In this document: positions 41,501-54,285 of the stretch, one piece after another
Layout of the letters: each line of letters starts with the position of its first letter
Numbering within the stretch: position 1 is the stretch's first letter
The notes under the pieces: generated by a model
What the model saw: only the letters and a program-made list of their open reading frames with translations
Told to the model about the DNA's origin: nothing
Databases searched by the model: none
From: Daphnia carinata
Lineage: Eukaryota
DNA: 64,000 nucleotides
Assembly: GCF_022539665.2 (NCBI RefSeq)
Contig: NC_081333.1
Span: forward strand, 12,090,001 to 12,154,000
Direction: 5' to 3'
Position numbers and translations under genes: made by a program

Positions 41501-44500
41501 CGCATACAGCAGAGAGAATTCTCGTACAGAACGAAAATAAAAACAGAAACAATGAAATTATCATGAAAAAGGAAAGGCCAGACGGCAACTGTGAGAGGCT
41601 TATTCTAATGTGTGTAATACCCCAGTAAATAATATGACCTACAGCCATAGCGTATGTGTCTATTATCGTGGGCATATAGAAAGCAAGCACTTAAATGTGT
41701 TAACCTAATACTCCGCTATTATGGGGGCACGCTGTCTCTTTCACAAGGGGGAGGATTGCGCCTTGCGCAGCAAGGCTCTTCGTGAAGGTGTCAAGAAAGA
41801 AGGTGACCTGGAGTATATTCGAAAGAGAAAAAAAAAGATAGCAGTTTGTGTGACGTAAAAAAAAAAAATAAAGGGCGAAAAAAGAAGAAAGAGATCTGTT
41901 TAATGCCAGGTCTATAATATACCAAGCGCTAATGCCGCCCATTCTTGTGTGTGGCCGGCCAGGCAGCAGCGAAAGAGCAGCAGCGGTGCGCGGCATCAGG
42001 CATTCGGCCTTGTTTTTCGTCTTTTTTTTGTTTTTGTTTTGTCTAGTGTTGGTTTGTTAATGACTGTGGGGCTTAAAAAAAAAAATTCCCTCCTTTCCCT
42101 TTTTCTCTTTCTATGATTCCCGTGCTGGTGGGGTTGTATGCGTTTTAACAAGTTTTCTTTTTCCTCCTTCTGGTTCTTTTACGACTTGAGCTCTTCATTA
42201 GCGCACATAGAACATGATACTCGAGGCGAATGCTACCACTCGTCCATCGACCGTGATCTGTTGTTACTCCATTTTCAGGAAGGAAAAAAACAAAACAAAA
42301 AACAATTGTTGCTTTTTAAGATCGACTACATTAAATGGCAATATAATCAATACGTCGTACACGTTTTCTTATTACTCGTTGGCGTTGACGCTGTAAAAAC
42401 AAGAGGAGGAATGATGACTCGCAAGCAAACGGTGGTTCTTCCACGGACTACTAGGGTGGTCCTCATCCAGTATTATGCGTGCCTATGCGCAACTCTCAGG
42501 GACGCGGGCACACCACATCTACCTGCCTACCTATGCCAGCCTTTTCATTATTTCTATTCATTTGATACATGATCGTATCAAAAGGAGCTGCAAGTGTAAA
42601 AAAAAAAAAAAAAAAACGATTCTCAGATTTATATCGTCATCATTGGATCTTTTTCTTTTTATCTCGTATATTTTTTATTTAACCCATAAGGGCTTTGACA
42701 AAGTCAAAGAGAATACCTGTGGCCTTCCAGCATCTCAAATGCAGGTTGCGCAGTTCCTTTCGGGCGTCCCTTTTTATTTTCCAGTTCTACACATATACAC
42801 ACACACACACACACACAGAGCTCCTGATGTTTGGCGTGTCTGTGTGTATATACAGTACGTGAGACGACGCTGACTTGATGGCGCGTTACATAAATGCTGC
42901 ATTCACGAACGCGCCAGCCGAGGTGGGAGGGGATTGAACTGTGAGGTGGTCGCTGGTTTCTCTTCTTCTTTATGTCTAAGAAGGCGGACGATGAGGAGGA
43001 AGAATATTACAAGACAACTCAGCAGAAAACTTACGACAATGTGACATGCCAAACAGCTGTGCTGCACGAATTCTCGGCTGGAATGAAAGCTCAGTCGAGC
43101 TTACGTATACAGCGATATGTATTACCTTTAAATAAAAAATAAAAAAACCCAACCTATATATGTTATGTGGGCCTGTCTGACTTCCTCCTTCCTTTGGCCC
43201 ACCTACATAATCCTCCCTATCTATTTACATTTACCCTGTTTTCTCCCACTTTATCTCTTCTATATCCTTTAGTCACATTTGAAAAATATGTTTTATTCCT
43301 TCCTCTCTCTCTCTCTACATGTCTCGCGGGTGTGTGACTGTGTGTGTGTGTGCATTAGAAAACTATTTATACACACGACTCTTGAGGAGGACATGGCCAT
43401 TTGATATATTTTTTATATACACTACGTGAAAGCCATGTCAGCTCTCCGTGTTCAGTCTCTTCTTCACGCGCAACATGTTTTTTTTTCTTCTTCTTCTTCA
43501 CGGCGATATAAATGACGTCCATATTTCACGTTTCCCTTCAAGCCCCCCCCCCCCTCTAAGGGAAGTCGATTGAATTCGTTCCGCGTTCTGTTCCCCGAGC
43601 CCTCTGCTTGTCCGCTTCGTCCCAAAAGGAAGAAGACGAAGCACAAAATGAAGAAACATCAACGAATAATAACATCATAAGTCATACGCGATTCTCCTAT
43701 GATGAAGGACATATAACTTCATTACGATTTGTCATTTCGCACGAATAGTTTTAAGCCTATGGGGCTGTTACGTGTTTGCTCTTTTTACGGATGCATAATA
43801 GGTCAATGGCGTTCGAGGAGAAGGTGGTAGTATAAATCATATTCAGGTCTAAAAAAACATTGTCCGGACGTCAATATAAACATTTTCTCCCTCACGGAAT
43901 TTCTTCCAAATCTTCCCATTTTTTCTTGTTGTGCTGGTTGTAGTCGTTGTCGAGTGTCTAATGTATTAACGTAATGAGTCGTTGGGATGGGTCATCATTC
44001 ACTCAAAGTAAAAAAAAAAAAAAAAAAGGTAAAAGCACAATTTGAATAATGAGCGGCGGGAGAGCGAACGACCACCACGATTCGGACGCCTGTTGCTGCT
44101 GGTTGCTAGTCTTACCCAATTTACAAGAAACGGATGGATTCACTACATGATTGCTGTTGGTGTTTTTTCCCCTCAAGAAAAATTTTTAAAAGAAAAAGGG
44201 GGATCCACGCTTCTGCAACTTAACAAGGAAATGGCGTGCTGCTTTTTTTCTCATCTGATTTTCTTGTTTGATGTTGTGTGTGTGTGTTGCGTGATGCGCC
44301 CTGTTTGTTGTGGCCCGGAGTTCTTGGAGGCCTTCCCTCTCACGGTCCGTCTCTCATCGGAGGGTCCGAAAAGAGGCGGAGGAACACCAATGGTGGCCGC
44401 GGCCGCGTCGAGGGAGGTTTTCAAAGAGGAGGTAAGGGTGGGAGGGGGATTTATGGGCGACGGCCGCCATAGCTGATTCGTTACGCGATGCCTGAACACG

Positions 44501-44901
44501 CCGCTCGCGCGGACCCGACTGGACCTCGTACGCTGGCGGCCACAACTGGGAGACGCCCATTCTTGCTTCCCCTTTCTTCATCTTCCCTCCTCTTCCACCG
44601 CCTTCTTCTTCTTCTTCTCCTCTGTGAATAGCCCAGTCACCTTTTTTTTTTTTTCTTGGTAAGGACTTGGTGTCTCTATTATGCATCTAGGGCTCAGGTT
44701 TCAACCCGCTCGATTCGACACAATGAAGCGGCTATATAGAAGCAAACGAGCATGCTGGGCTAACGCTATCCATCTTTTCCTCTGTTCCGTATCGTTATTC
44801 ACAATCCAGTGGATACCCACGGATCACATTCTTTCGCTTATGACCCTCTGTCCGCGTCCTTTGTTAAGTTGTTAAAAGAAGCGGATGCGTCTGGCACTGG
44901 C

Positions 44902-44925
44902 TATATATATATATATATATATATA
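44902..44925. repeat. (TA)12 microsatellite
   Basis: Read directly from the sequence. Confidence 0.9.
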
Positions 44926-47427
44926 TGCTGCTTGAATAGATAAATAGCCGCAATGCATTCGTGGCTGACATTTCTATTCAGAGGTACGATTACTATACAA
45001 GTGTGTGTCTGTGTGTATATATAGCACAGACACACACATATAGAGATACACAATATGGCGTAACTGAATGTGGGCTTGTAACAAGAGAAGCGAGCCGAAG
45101 CGAGCCATCCGATCAAATTTCTATCTACGGCCATTTTCAGCCGAGAATTGTTTGGAAGGCATTTGAATTATTTCTGAGATTCCAAATATTGATAAATACC
45201 TGTGGACCATGACTGTGTGTATGCTTTACGTTACCACGTCGCGAACAGTTCTCGATCGATGTATTCGACGATAAGACGAGAGCAACGGTTTTTCATGGCG
45301 TCAGCGTTCAGTCAACTTTCGCTCGATAAATTGTTGTACACAATTTAATTGTTCCAACCTTTGCATCGACCGCACAATGCGTCAACACAAGAAAACAATT
45401 TCAGGTTTTTATTGGTATGCAACTGCAAAATCAATCAGAAAATTAGGAAGACCTTTATATCATCCGTCTCCAGTACATCAACAACACAAGCAATGAGAAA
45501 GTGGATAGCATCAATGAGACCAAATAAAACTACCCTCAACTGTGATATGGTGTGATTTGAATTTCTTCTTTTACGTAGGCAACTACACTTTCGAATACGT
45601 GTATATAGCGTAGTGCTACTTTAGTTCGTGTGCATCAATACTTATACAAGCGGAGAATTTCATTTCATCCTAGTTTCAAGTAGGGGAAATCCTTTGTTAC
45701 TGTGTCTATTTAAAAAAAAAAAGGATTGTCTTTTGTGTGGACTGTGACATTCTACAAACAAACGAAACAAGGCGAGCGAATTTCTACGCTGGAACGTTGG
45801 AGGTCTCGGCATTGCGCAGCGGACAAGGCGGGGTCAAAGCTAAAGGGAACTTTAATCAATGCGTATATTTTTACACGTAACACAAAGGACACATGTCACT
45901 GTGTCCGCAACGCAATGTAGAAAGTAGTGAACTAGAAAAAAGAGAGGAGAGAAACACGGTGCGTGGATTACATTGAAAAATGGCCCGTCTCCATCCTTCA
46001 TGCCGGAATGTTTTGTTGTGAAGAAGATTCCTATTATATATGTATATATATATTTTTTCTAAAACATTTTCAACATTTTTGTTCGCCCCCTTCTTTTTAG
46101 TTCTCCTTCTCTTGATGTTGATCTACAAGTGGCTGTTGGTGACCGCCGTGTTCATGCGCTCTGCATATATACATGGCCGCGTGAATATCATTGTTGCATC
46201 CAGCTCATTATATCTATACATACCACAGCATTGGCCAAACAAAAGGATAGACAATAAGAAAAAAAAACAACGGAGCGGCCAGCAACAATTTGGAGGTTGT
46301 TTTCCATTATTCTTGTTTCGTCTCCTTTTTTCTTCTAGGTACAAAGGATCTCGTCAAGAGTTAAGGTGAAAGAACCGGTGACAGGTGAAATAAATCAGGG
46401 CGAAAGAAGAAGAAGAAGAAAAACTTGGAAATAAGAATGTGACGTCCTCAACTGAAAAGAAACAAGTGAAGCCATGCCACCAGCAGTGAATAGGCAAAGG
46501 CCAGCGCAAAAGGTAAAAAGAAAAAGTGGCAAGTTGATAATGTGTGAGGTGTCGAAAAGAGCAGGACCCTTTAGCCGCTTTGAAACGATGGATGAAGAGC
46601 TGCCTCTTTCGCCTCGTCTTTCTTTCAAATGTTTTTCTTCACCAACTCTTGAAGACCATCAGTGTCTCTTTTGCTTGTCGTATGAGCTATAGGCCCCCCC
46701 GCTAACTTGAACCTTCACAAAAAGGGGGACAAGCCCACCCTGACAATAGATTTCTCTCTTTTTTCTTTGTGTGTTTCTGTGTTAAAATGTCGATTGTTGT
46801 TTGACTATCTAAGCGGCGGGTCTGTGTACGGTGACCACACCGATGATATTCTTCTTTGCCACCCCATTTTCCACCATGGCTCTCCTCAGAAACGTGAAAC
46901 ATGGGAGGTGACTCGACCTGCACGCACGCTGTGATCGTGCAGACATTTGTCGGTCGACTAGATCAACTCCGGCTAGAGGAGAAGAGGCGGAGCTTGGAGG
47001 AAAAAAAAAAGCTTCCAGGATTTTCCCTTTTTATTTTTGTTTTCGCCTTATTTTCTTCTTCTTCACTGTGTGTGTATGTATCTCTCTTTCTTCTTTCAAT
47101 CCGCTGCAAGGGCTATTCTGCCTAGACGAAGGTGAGGGGGAAGGCCGAGCCCGCTGTTCCGACTGGCGGTGGTGATGCTGCTAGTGGGTCTGCCAAGCCT
47201 CGCTCCGTTAGATTGAATATCTCACACAGTTATGACATTTGCCGCGACGGCTTTGCATCTCCCTCGCTCTCTCTCTCCCTGTCTATCTCCCTGCCCCCCT
47301 CCCCCTCTTCTCGCTATCCCTCGCCTCACTTGCTTTGCTCGGCGCTTGATTCACGGTGGGTGGTTTCAGGCAGAACGGACGCCGCCGTCGTCGCGCAGTG
47401 ATCCATCGGTTCGCTCTGTTCGCTTCA

Positions 47428-47433
47428 TCAGTC
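47428..47433 (+). promoter_or_regulatory. Candidate arthropod initiator (TCAGTC) for Wnt10
   Basis: Matches Inr TCAKTY, ~295 nt upstream of the predicted ATG and downstream of a CT/GA-rich tract at ~47260-47310. Confidence 0.35.
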
Positions 47434-47724
47434 AGCATCCGGCTCTCTCGCTAACATATCTGACTCATTTTTCTTTCCCTTTTTTTCCCCTATTTGTTTT
47501 TTGTTGTTGTTGTTTTGACGGGACAGTTTTCAAATGGCCCGCGTCTTAATTGACATCGACCTGTGACGGTGAAGAACCGAGTGGCTTAGGTGATTCGTTT
47601 TGTCGTGCGTCTAAGTGTCCGCTGCAACACAAGTGCCCAAGTTCAACCGCGATTGGCTATTCTTTTCATCCGTATCACGTTCCATGCCCCAATTATCAGC
47701 CTGTCGTCCACTCACGAGCACGTC

Positions 47725-50700
47725 ATGGTCACCAGGAATCTCCTAAGCGTTCCATCCGTCCTTGTTCTGATCGTCGTTTGTTTTTTCACTAACAGGTATA
47801 GCGCTAAATGTTATCTATTGTTATTTTAAACGTAAAACGTAGAGAAATGGCGATACCAATGACGTCAGTCCAACATTTTGCATTAAACAGCGGAGCTATT
47901 ATAGATTGTTTCATGTTTCAGTGGAATACCGCAACGATGGGGGGTTTAAATTTGAAACTGAACACCTGGGTGGCTTTGATGACGGTTATAACGAACGCCA
48001 TCAAATAATGAACGTGCATCGCCTAATTAGACGTTCCCCGTTTGCTCCGTGAACGCCGGTGAACTTGTCGGCCCATCTACCCATGCATCCAATAACCATC
48101 CCTCCCATGAGTTGCCTGTTAAAGTTAAAAAGGCAAGTTAGCCCGTGACGACCTGAAGGGGGAATGCGCCCTCCCACATCTTTCTCATTCCTCCCTCTGT
48201 TTATAGACGTCTACACTCGTTAACATTAAACTCCGGTGTTATATATTGTGATGTGTCTATTGCGCTTTGATCTGTGCGGCTCTTATATCGAAGGGCCGGC
48301 GTAGCAGAATGGGGTTAGTCGACGTATACTTAATACCTCAAAACAAAAAAAAAACCAGAGAGCTGAAAAAAAAGCCTTGTCTTTTTGAATTTATTTCGAC
48401 TTGTAACTTTACCCTCCACCCCGTAAGTGGTCGTTATCGCTGTCAAAACTTTCGAACCCAACTCATGGCCGTGAAAGTTTAAGAGCTGCGGCTGGATGCA
48501 ATTACATAAAGAGATCCATCGCTGCACTTGTTATCCGACACACGTCAAGTCAGAGTCATTGTATTGCCAGCGTTTACATTCTAATAACGAGCCATCATCG
48601 CTCACTGGTTTAATGAATGTTGATTATGTTCTTTTTACGACTGCTATATTTTTATGGGTTTTTTCTTTTTTTTTTTTTTTGTTGTTGCTCGACGTGAACG
48701 AAATATAACAGCCATGCAGGTGCTGACACGAATAGTTTCAATCGACGAACGAGCAGTGGGAAAACATCGTTGATGCGGCGATCGGATCTGTTGCTGAGCA
48801 GCAATTCCCTGATGAATATTCGACGAAAACCGGACGAGAAGAGAAGACAAAAGGAGGACAAATATTTCTACAATTCCGTGATGGAAAGGCAGCGGCGTAA
48901 ACCGCGTCCGACCAGCGCCATTTGTAAAAACTTTCCCGGTCTAAGCAAAAAACAGCTGGAGCTCTGTTTCCGCTATCCGGACGTCATGTCGGCCGCAATC
49001 CAGGGCCTTCAGCTGGCCGTCAACGAATGCCAATTCCAGTTCCAGAAGCACCGCTGGAACTGTTCGGCCCTGGAGAGGAAGAATCGCAACCCCCACAGTA
49101 GCAACTTTCTACAGAAAGGTAAAATAAAAAACTGTACCAACTTTTAATGAACTCACTCGAACACATTCCTTTGCGTGTATTTTACTAACAACACCCAAAA
49201 AAAAAAAAATAATAATATTTTTGCATAAAAAACCATTACCGGTTATTCGATATGCAATCTATGTATGGGGAGAAGATGATAGCCATCAGTGATATAGCCT
49301 TTGGTTGTAATAATCCGATTCCGCCTCTTTCCATTTACTGATGGATCTCGCCCTCGAAATCGTTGTGCTACGATGGCAATTGGATATTTCGTAAGTATCG
49401 AACAATGCGTTTGAACCCCCCAAGCTGTTACTATTATCGATGAAAGGAAGAACAAGACGTCAACCAAATAACGAAGAAAACAACACACACACAAAAAAGC
49501 GATGGTTATCAAACAAGAGAAAAAAAGGAAACCCTAAAGCGTCATGTTCAGACAATCATCAGTGAGCGAGCAAGTTTTTCTTGGCTTTTTTTTTTCGGTT
49601 AAAGGTAGAGGGGAGACGATTTCTTCACATCAACAACACGCACAAGAGCAACGTATACACACACATATAAAAAATGTATTTCATCGGGATGAATGGACGC
49701 GCTTGGTTCGCTTTTGACAAGAAACCCCCCAGACTGGTTTTCTTCTCTCTTGTTTCTTCTGAATGTAACCAAGAGGTCCGTGTCTATTGTAGCCGCTTCG
49801 TCCTGGAACTATTGAAATGGCTGTATGTGAACGTGACGCGATAGTAAGCAGCAGCTTGTTGCATGTGCCACCTTTTCTTTCTCTGTCCCCGAAGAATGTC
49901 GCTTATTAAACGAGAGCTAAGACATTTTGAGAAATGCCTACTTGTATTGGGTGTCGAGGGCTTTTCATCCTTTTTTCTTTTTTGTCCTCCGAGTTCTATA
50001 TGTATTTATAATCTAAACGTTTCATGTAAACGCCCTACAAGAGAAGCTCAACACCACAGATTTCAGCTGGCAAAAAAGGGTCCCGACCGTGTCGAATCGA
50101 TTGACTCACGTCGCTATAGCTAACATACAATTAGAGATTCGTCAGCTGGTAACGGTTTCTAGGTTTTTTCATGTGAGAGATGTGAGAGGGTACTCCGAAA
50201 AGAGAGTGACATCTGCGTAAAGCTCGGAAGCTTTCGTTTTCCTTTTTTCTACGTGGTCATGTCTCAATTCTCATGGCTATCTCTCGCATTTTGCCTCTCC
50301 TTCCTCGCATCCACCGGACATGTCCAGATTTATGTTTCTCTAGAATAGAGCATTCTTTTGCGTCTTTCATTTTGGATAAGGTCTTGATCGTCTCATGTGG
50401 TGGATAGACGTAATCTATACGGACTAGGACCGGTAGCCTCTTGTCGACGTTAGCAAACGCGCTCGGCGGTCGTGTTTCTATAATGAAAGCCCTCGCGATT
50501 CAATGATGGATGCAATCGGTGCATTTTTTTAGAGAGAGAAAAATATGCAGATCTTGACAGATCGTTTTCAATGAACTGGTAGCGGAACGGTTTCGAGTTT
50601 GCCAGGTCCATTAATTATATTGCCATCTTTATCTTCTTGCGCTAGCCTATAATGGATCTCTTCTTTATTTTTTATGACGTGATGCGCTTTTCTCGGACAG

Positions 50701-53700
50701 CAGAATTTGACTAGCGGGGTCCACCTGGAACTCTGGCAACACGTACAATAGTCAGAAATGCAGGGGGGAAAGAATAAGGATAAAAAGAAAAATAGGAACA
50801 AAAGCAAAATACGAAATCAAGAATAACATGGAAGTCCGTTCTTTCGAGGATGTTATTTCTTTTGTGAGCGCGTCGTCGTGGCAGATACGGATGCGTGTTC
50901 GGCTGGGTGGTCTGACCATTCAAACTGCCGGGCTCTCTCTGATGATCTGGATAATATACTCAACAGAGAGGGAAAATAGAAATGGAAAAGAAAAGAAGAA
51001 GAAGAAGAGGGATAAAAGACAGAATGAGTCTAAGAAAAAAAAAGGGGCAACACACACACACAAAAGCGGAAAATGAAAAAAAAGCTACACGGGGGCCCTT
51101 GTCGATTGAGACCCGAGTGAGAGAAAGAGGCACAATCGATCAATAAGGGCATGATGAGGCCGAAAAATGGTGTCTTAGAAAGAAAACAAAAATTTTTTCG
51201 GGAACGAACCGCGACCTGCTGCTGTTCTCATCTTTGCATTTCTTTGGGTAGTCTCGCGATTAGCATCATCATCATCCGCATACACATGAGGCCTTCATCT
51301 GGCTGAGGGGAAAGGGCCACGGCTACGGTGTTATGTATAAATTAGTTATTGCGTCCCAATGTATGTAGAAGAATCCTCCAAAAGAAAAAGAAAAGAAAAC
51401 TAAAAGGCAACGATATTTTCGTGGAATTTTGTAAATCACGCTTGATAATACCGACCTCCAGTCTGGGTCTCATTTCATCCTCCTGCCTCTCAGTGGAATT
51501 TAGAAAATCGGCTGTGTAGTCACGCTAATCATTGATAATTTAAAATGGCCTGTTTTTCCAGAAACGGATATGCCAAGTAAGCCATTTTTAAAACATACGT
51601 CTAAAAAAGGTTTCTAGACGTTGTCGTGCTTGGAGGTTTTGAACATGCCGCGGTTGAACCTGACCAATTATTGAAGTAAAAAAAAAAAGAATACAGCTAC
51701 ACAGAGATTGCGGCATGGAAATTTGACGTTGCTGCCTTCTAAATTTCATGAGAGTTACCTTGAAAAGTGATTGCGCATCTTGTTTCAGCTTCCCCCCTTT
51801 CTTATACCATAGCGCAGAAATGAAGGTGAATAACATGGGATCAATGTGCGTTGTAACGTGTAATCATCCGGGGCTACATTTCACTCCGCCTTTATCAAGA
51901 CGTTACCGTGTTGTAATGCAATAATGATACAAGAAAAATGTATAGTACGTGTACACCTATACAAGTGGCTAGCGCTTCTTGTGTGGTAAATGTCAAGTTA
52001 TAAACGGACAATGGCGCACTCCAAAAGCTTCGTTATTTTTGCTATAGTGAGTTGCTTCTTCAAGCGAGTAAAAAAAAATGTTCGTGGACGTAGACGGACA
52101 AAAAAAACATGTTTATTGACACTTATCCGAAACATTAGCCAAGTGGAAAAGAAGACACGCATTACCTTTTACATTGAGATTTAACACTGAGGAGACAGCT
52201 ATTTTCCCCTCATCCAGATGTTATTCAAATATTTTTTGGTCTTGTTCCATCTCGTCTGTGGTTTAGTGAGCCCAAAGAGATTATCACCGTACAAACGTTC
52301 AATCTGATAAGGATGTCACCTCAACATACAGCGAATGTCTAACATTTTCTTTACAATTCAATTGCCTCCCCACAGCATTTAAATCTTGACAATTATAATT
52401 GTGTTCTTTTAGGTTATAGGGAAACGGCGTTCGCGTACGCTGTTTCCTCCGCTGGAGTGGCTCACTCCGTATCGAAGGCATGCGGCCAGGGCAAGTTGGA
52501 ATCGTGCGGCTGCGACCCGAAGAGCCAGCGCGGTAGCGGCGGCGGAGTTGACTTTGGTCCATCGGCGACTCTATCCGATTGGCGCTGGAGCGGTTGCTCG
52601 CACAATATGGATTTCGGCGTGAAATTCTCCCGCTTTTTACTTGATTCACGCCAGCGCGGACAGGATATCCATTCGCGGATTCACTTGCACAACAGTCACG
52701 TCGGACGAACCGTAAGTCGTACACTCGTTTTTTTCTTCTAGGGTACTCGACCTCCCAAAAATGTAGACCGAAAAAGTTTAAAGGGGAGTTCTAATGCCAT
52801 TAAAGTCTCAAAAAAAAAATGCCCGTCGATAAGCTTGGAAACTGTTAGATCCAATTAGACAGAGCCTCTCGCATGCGTTACACGGTCGTGTGAAGCCTGA
52901 AAAGAACATAATCTGACAATCATATGCAAGAGAAGTCTTTTTTATTTTGAACAGAACAAACTCTGAAGGAATAGGATTTGCTTTTTCCTGTCCCACATTC
53001 TTTCTCCTTCTTCCACTTTGCTTTCGGTTCCGTTTTAGATTTTGAGAGTTGGAAAAAAAAATAATTGCTCACCGCCATCTGTTTTTGGTGGCTAATTCAT
53101 CGCACGGCCGTCTCAATAGTTGGTCGACAGTCTCGACTGATGGCTAAACCTGAAGGCGCAGTCGTAGCGAACCGACGGCGCATCCAACGCCTCATAAGTT
53201 GCCCTTGATTACTATGCTTTGGCTCCTCTCTCTGTCTGTCTCTCTCTCTCTCTCGACTTAATTGAGCGTGAAATTGCTAAGTGGCCCCTCTCCGCAAGAG
53301 TGGAAAAATATTTAAGCGTCAAAATATGGGGATGGAAGGGGGAGGAGGAGGTAGGCGGAGGGAATGGAGGAGTCGGACCGCCGTGAGAGTCATATTCTTC
53401 TCGCCGTTGACCTGCCCTTAATGGATCAATCTAAGCCACTCTATCCGTCTCTGATGATTATGACTACATCAAGGTGGTGGGAGCCAATTCCGAGATCCGA
53501 TGTAAATGCCACGGCATGTCCGGCTCTTGCGAGATGAAGACGTGCTGGAAGGCGGTGCCCGAATTCCGGCGTGTCGGTTCCGTCCTCAAGGAGCGGTTCA
53601 ACCAGGCCGTCTTGGTGGATCAGTCGCAGCTGGGCAACGAGGCCGGGAGCAGTAGCAAAGGACGACAGTTCGCCAGACGCATCCGCGACACCGACCTCCT

Positions 53701-53944
53701 CTTCTACGAACGCTCGCCGAATTTCTGCGAAGAAAAACCCGACGTCGACTACCCGGGAATTACGGGACGCCGGTGCAACAAGACGGGCGACGACCTGGAC
53801 AATTGCCAATCGCTTTGCTGCGGACGCGGCTACAACGTCATCCGCCAGAAGCGCACCGAACGCTGTCACTGTCGGTTCCACTGGTGTTGCTCGGTCGTTT
53901 GCAACAATTGCACCGTCGAGCAATGGGTCACCGTCTGCAAATAA
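47725..53944 (+). CDS. Wnt10: Wnt10, 4 coding exons: 47725-47795, 48712-49118, 52413-52711, 53474-53944 (415 aa)
   Basis: Signal peptide MVTRNLLSVPSVLVLIVVCFFTNSHA. Wnt10-type motifs [134 protein letters not shown]. Phases 2,1,0; 1248 nt. Exon 1 is the least certain part. Confidence 0.92.
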
Positions 53945-54275
53945 ATTCGTTTTTCCCCCAACTCATTTCGTTACCTGTCTGTTTGTCCATGTCCGTTCTT
54001 GTGTCACTTCTCACCAAGTGGAAAAAAAAACAGGTCCGTCTTATCTTTTGCCATGTCATTGCACTTGTTTTATTAGGATAAGATCCGATTTCGTGCTGTC
54101 GTTCTCAATTTACGTTACAATAATTATGTATACATACTGTATGAAATATATAGAAAAAAAAGTGTTTGGCCGAATATACCCCGGTGCTATATTTGCTTAT
54201 CTTTGTAATGTGTAAACATGTTCTAACCCATCACCAGTATCAACTGACTGTCGATCTCTTTGTCGAGAAAACAAT

Positions 54276-54285
54276 AATAAATAAA
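54276..54285 (+). terminator. Candidate Wnt10 polyadenylation signal (overlapping AATAAATAAA)
   Basis: Two overlapping AATAAA hexamers ~330 nt after the Wnt10 stop. Confidence 0.5.

Noticed and set aside
591..47549. Numerous 60-180 aa ORFs rich in F, K, CV or HT in intronic and intergenic DNA
   Set aside because: Translations of poly-T, poly-A and (CA/TG)n tracts, many with non-ATG starts.
48717..48726. Second acceptor (CAG 48717-48719) for Wnt10 exon 2
   Set aside because: Out of phase with the predicted exon 1 (gives AGG TGC TGA); the acceptor ending 48711 keeps the frame.
53571..54215. 214-aa alternative-frame ORF overlapping Wnt10 exon 4
   Set aside because: Ser/Thr/Arg/Ala-rich frameshifted read of a GC3-rich exon; no independent start or splice support.
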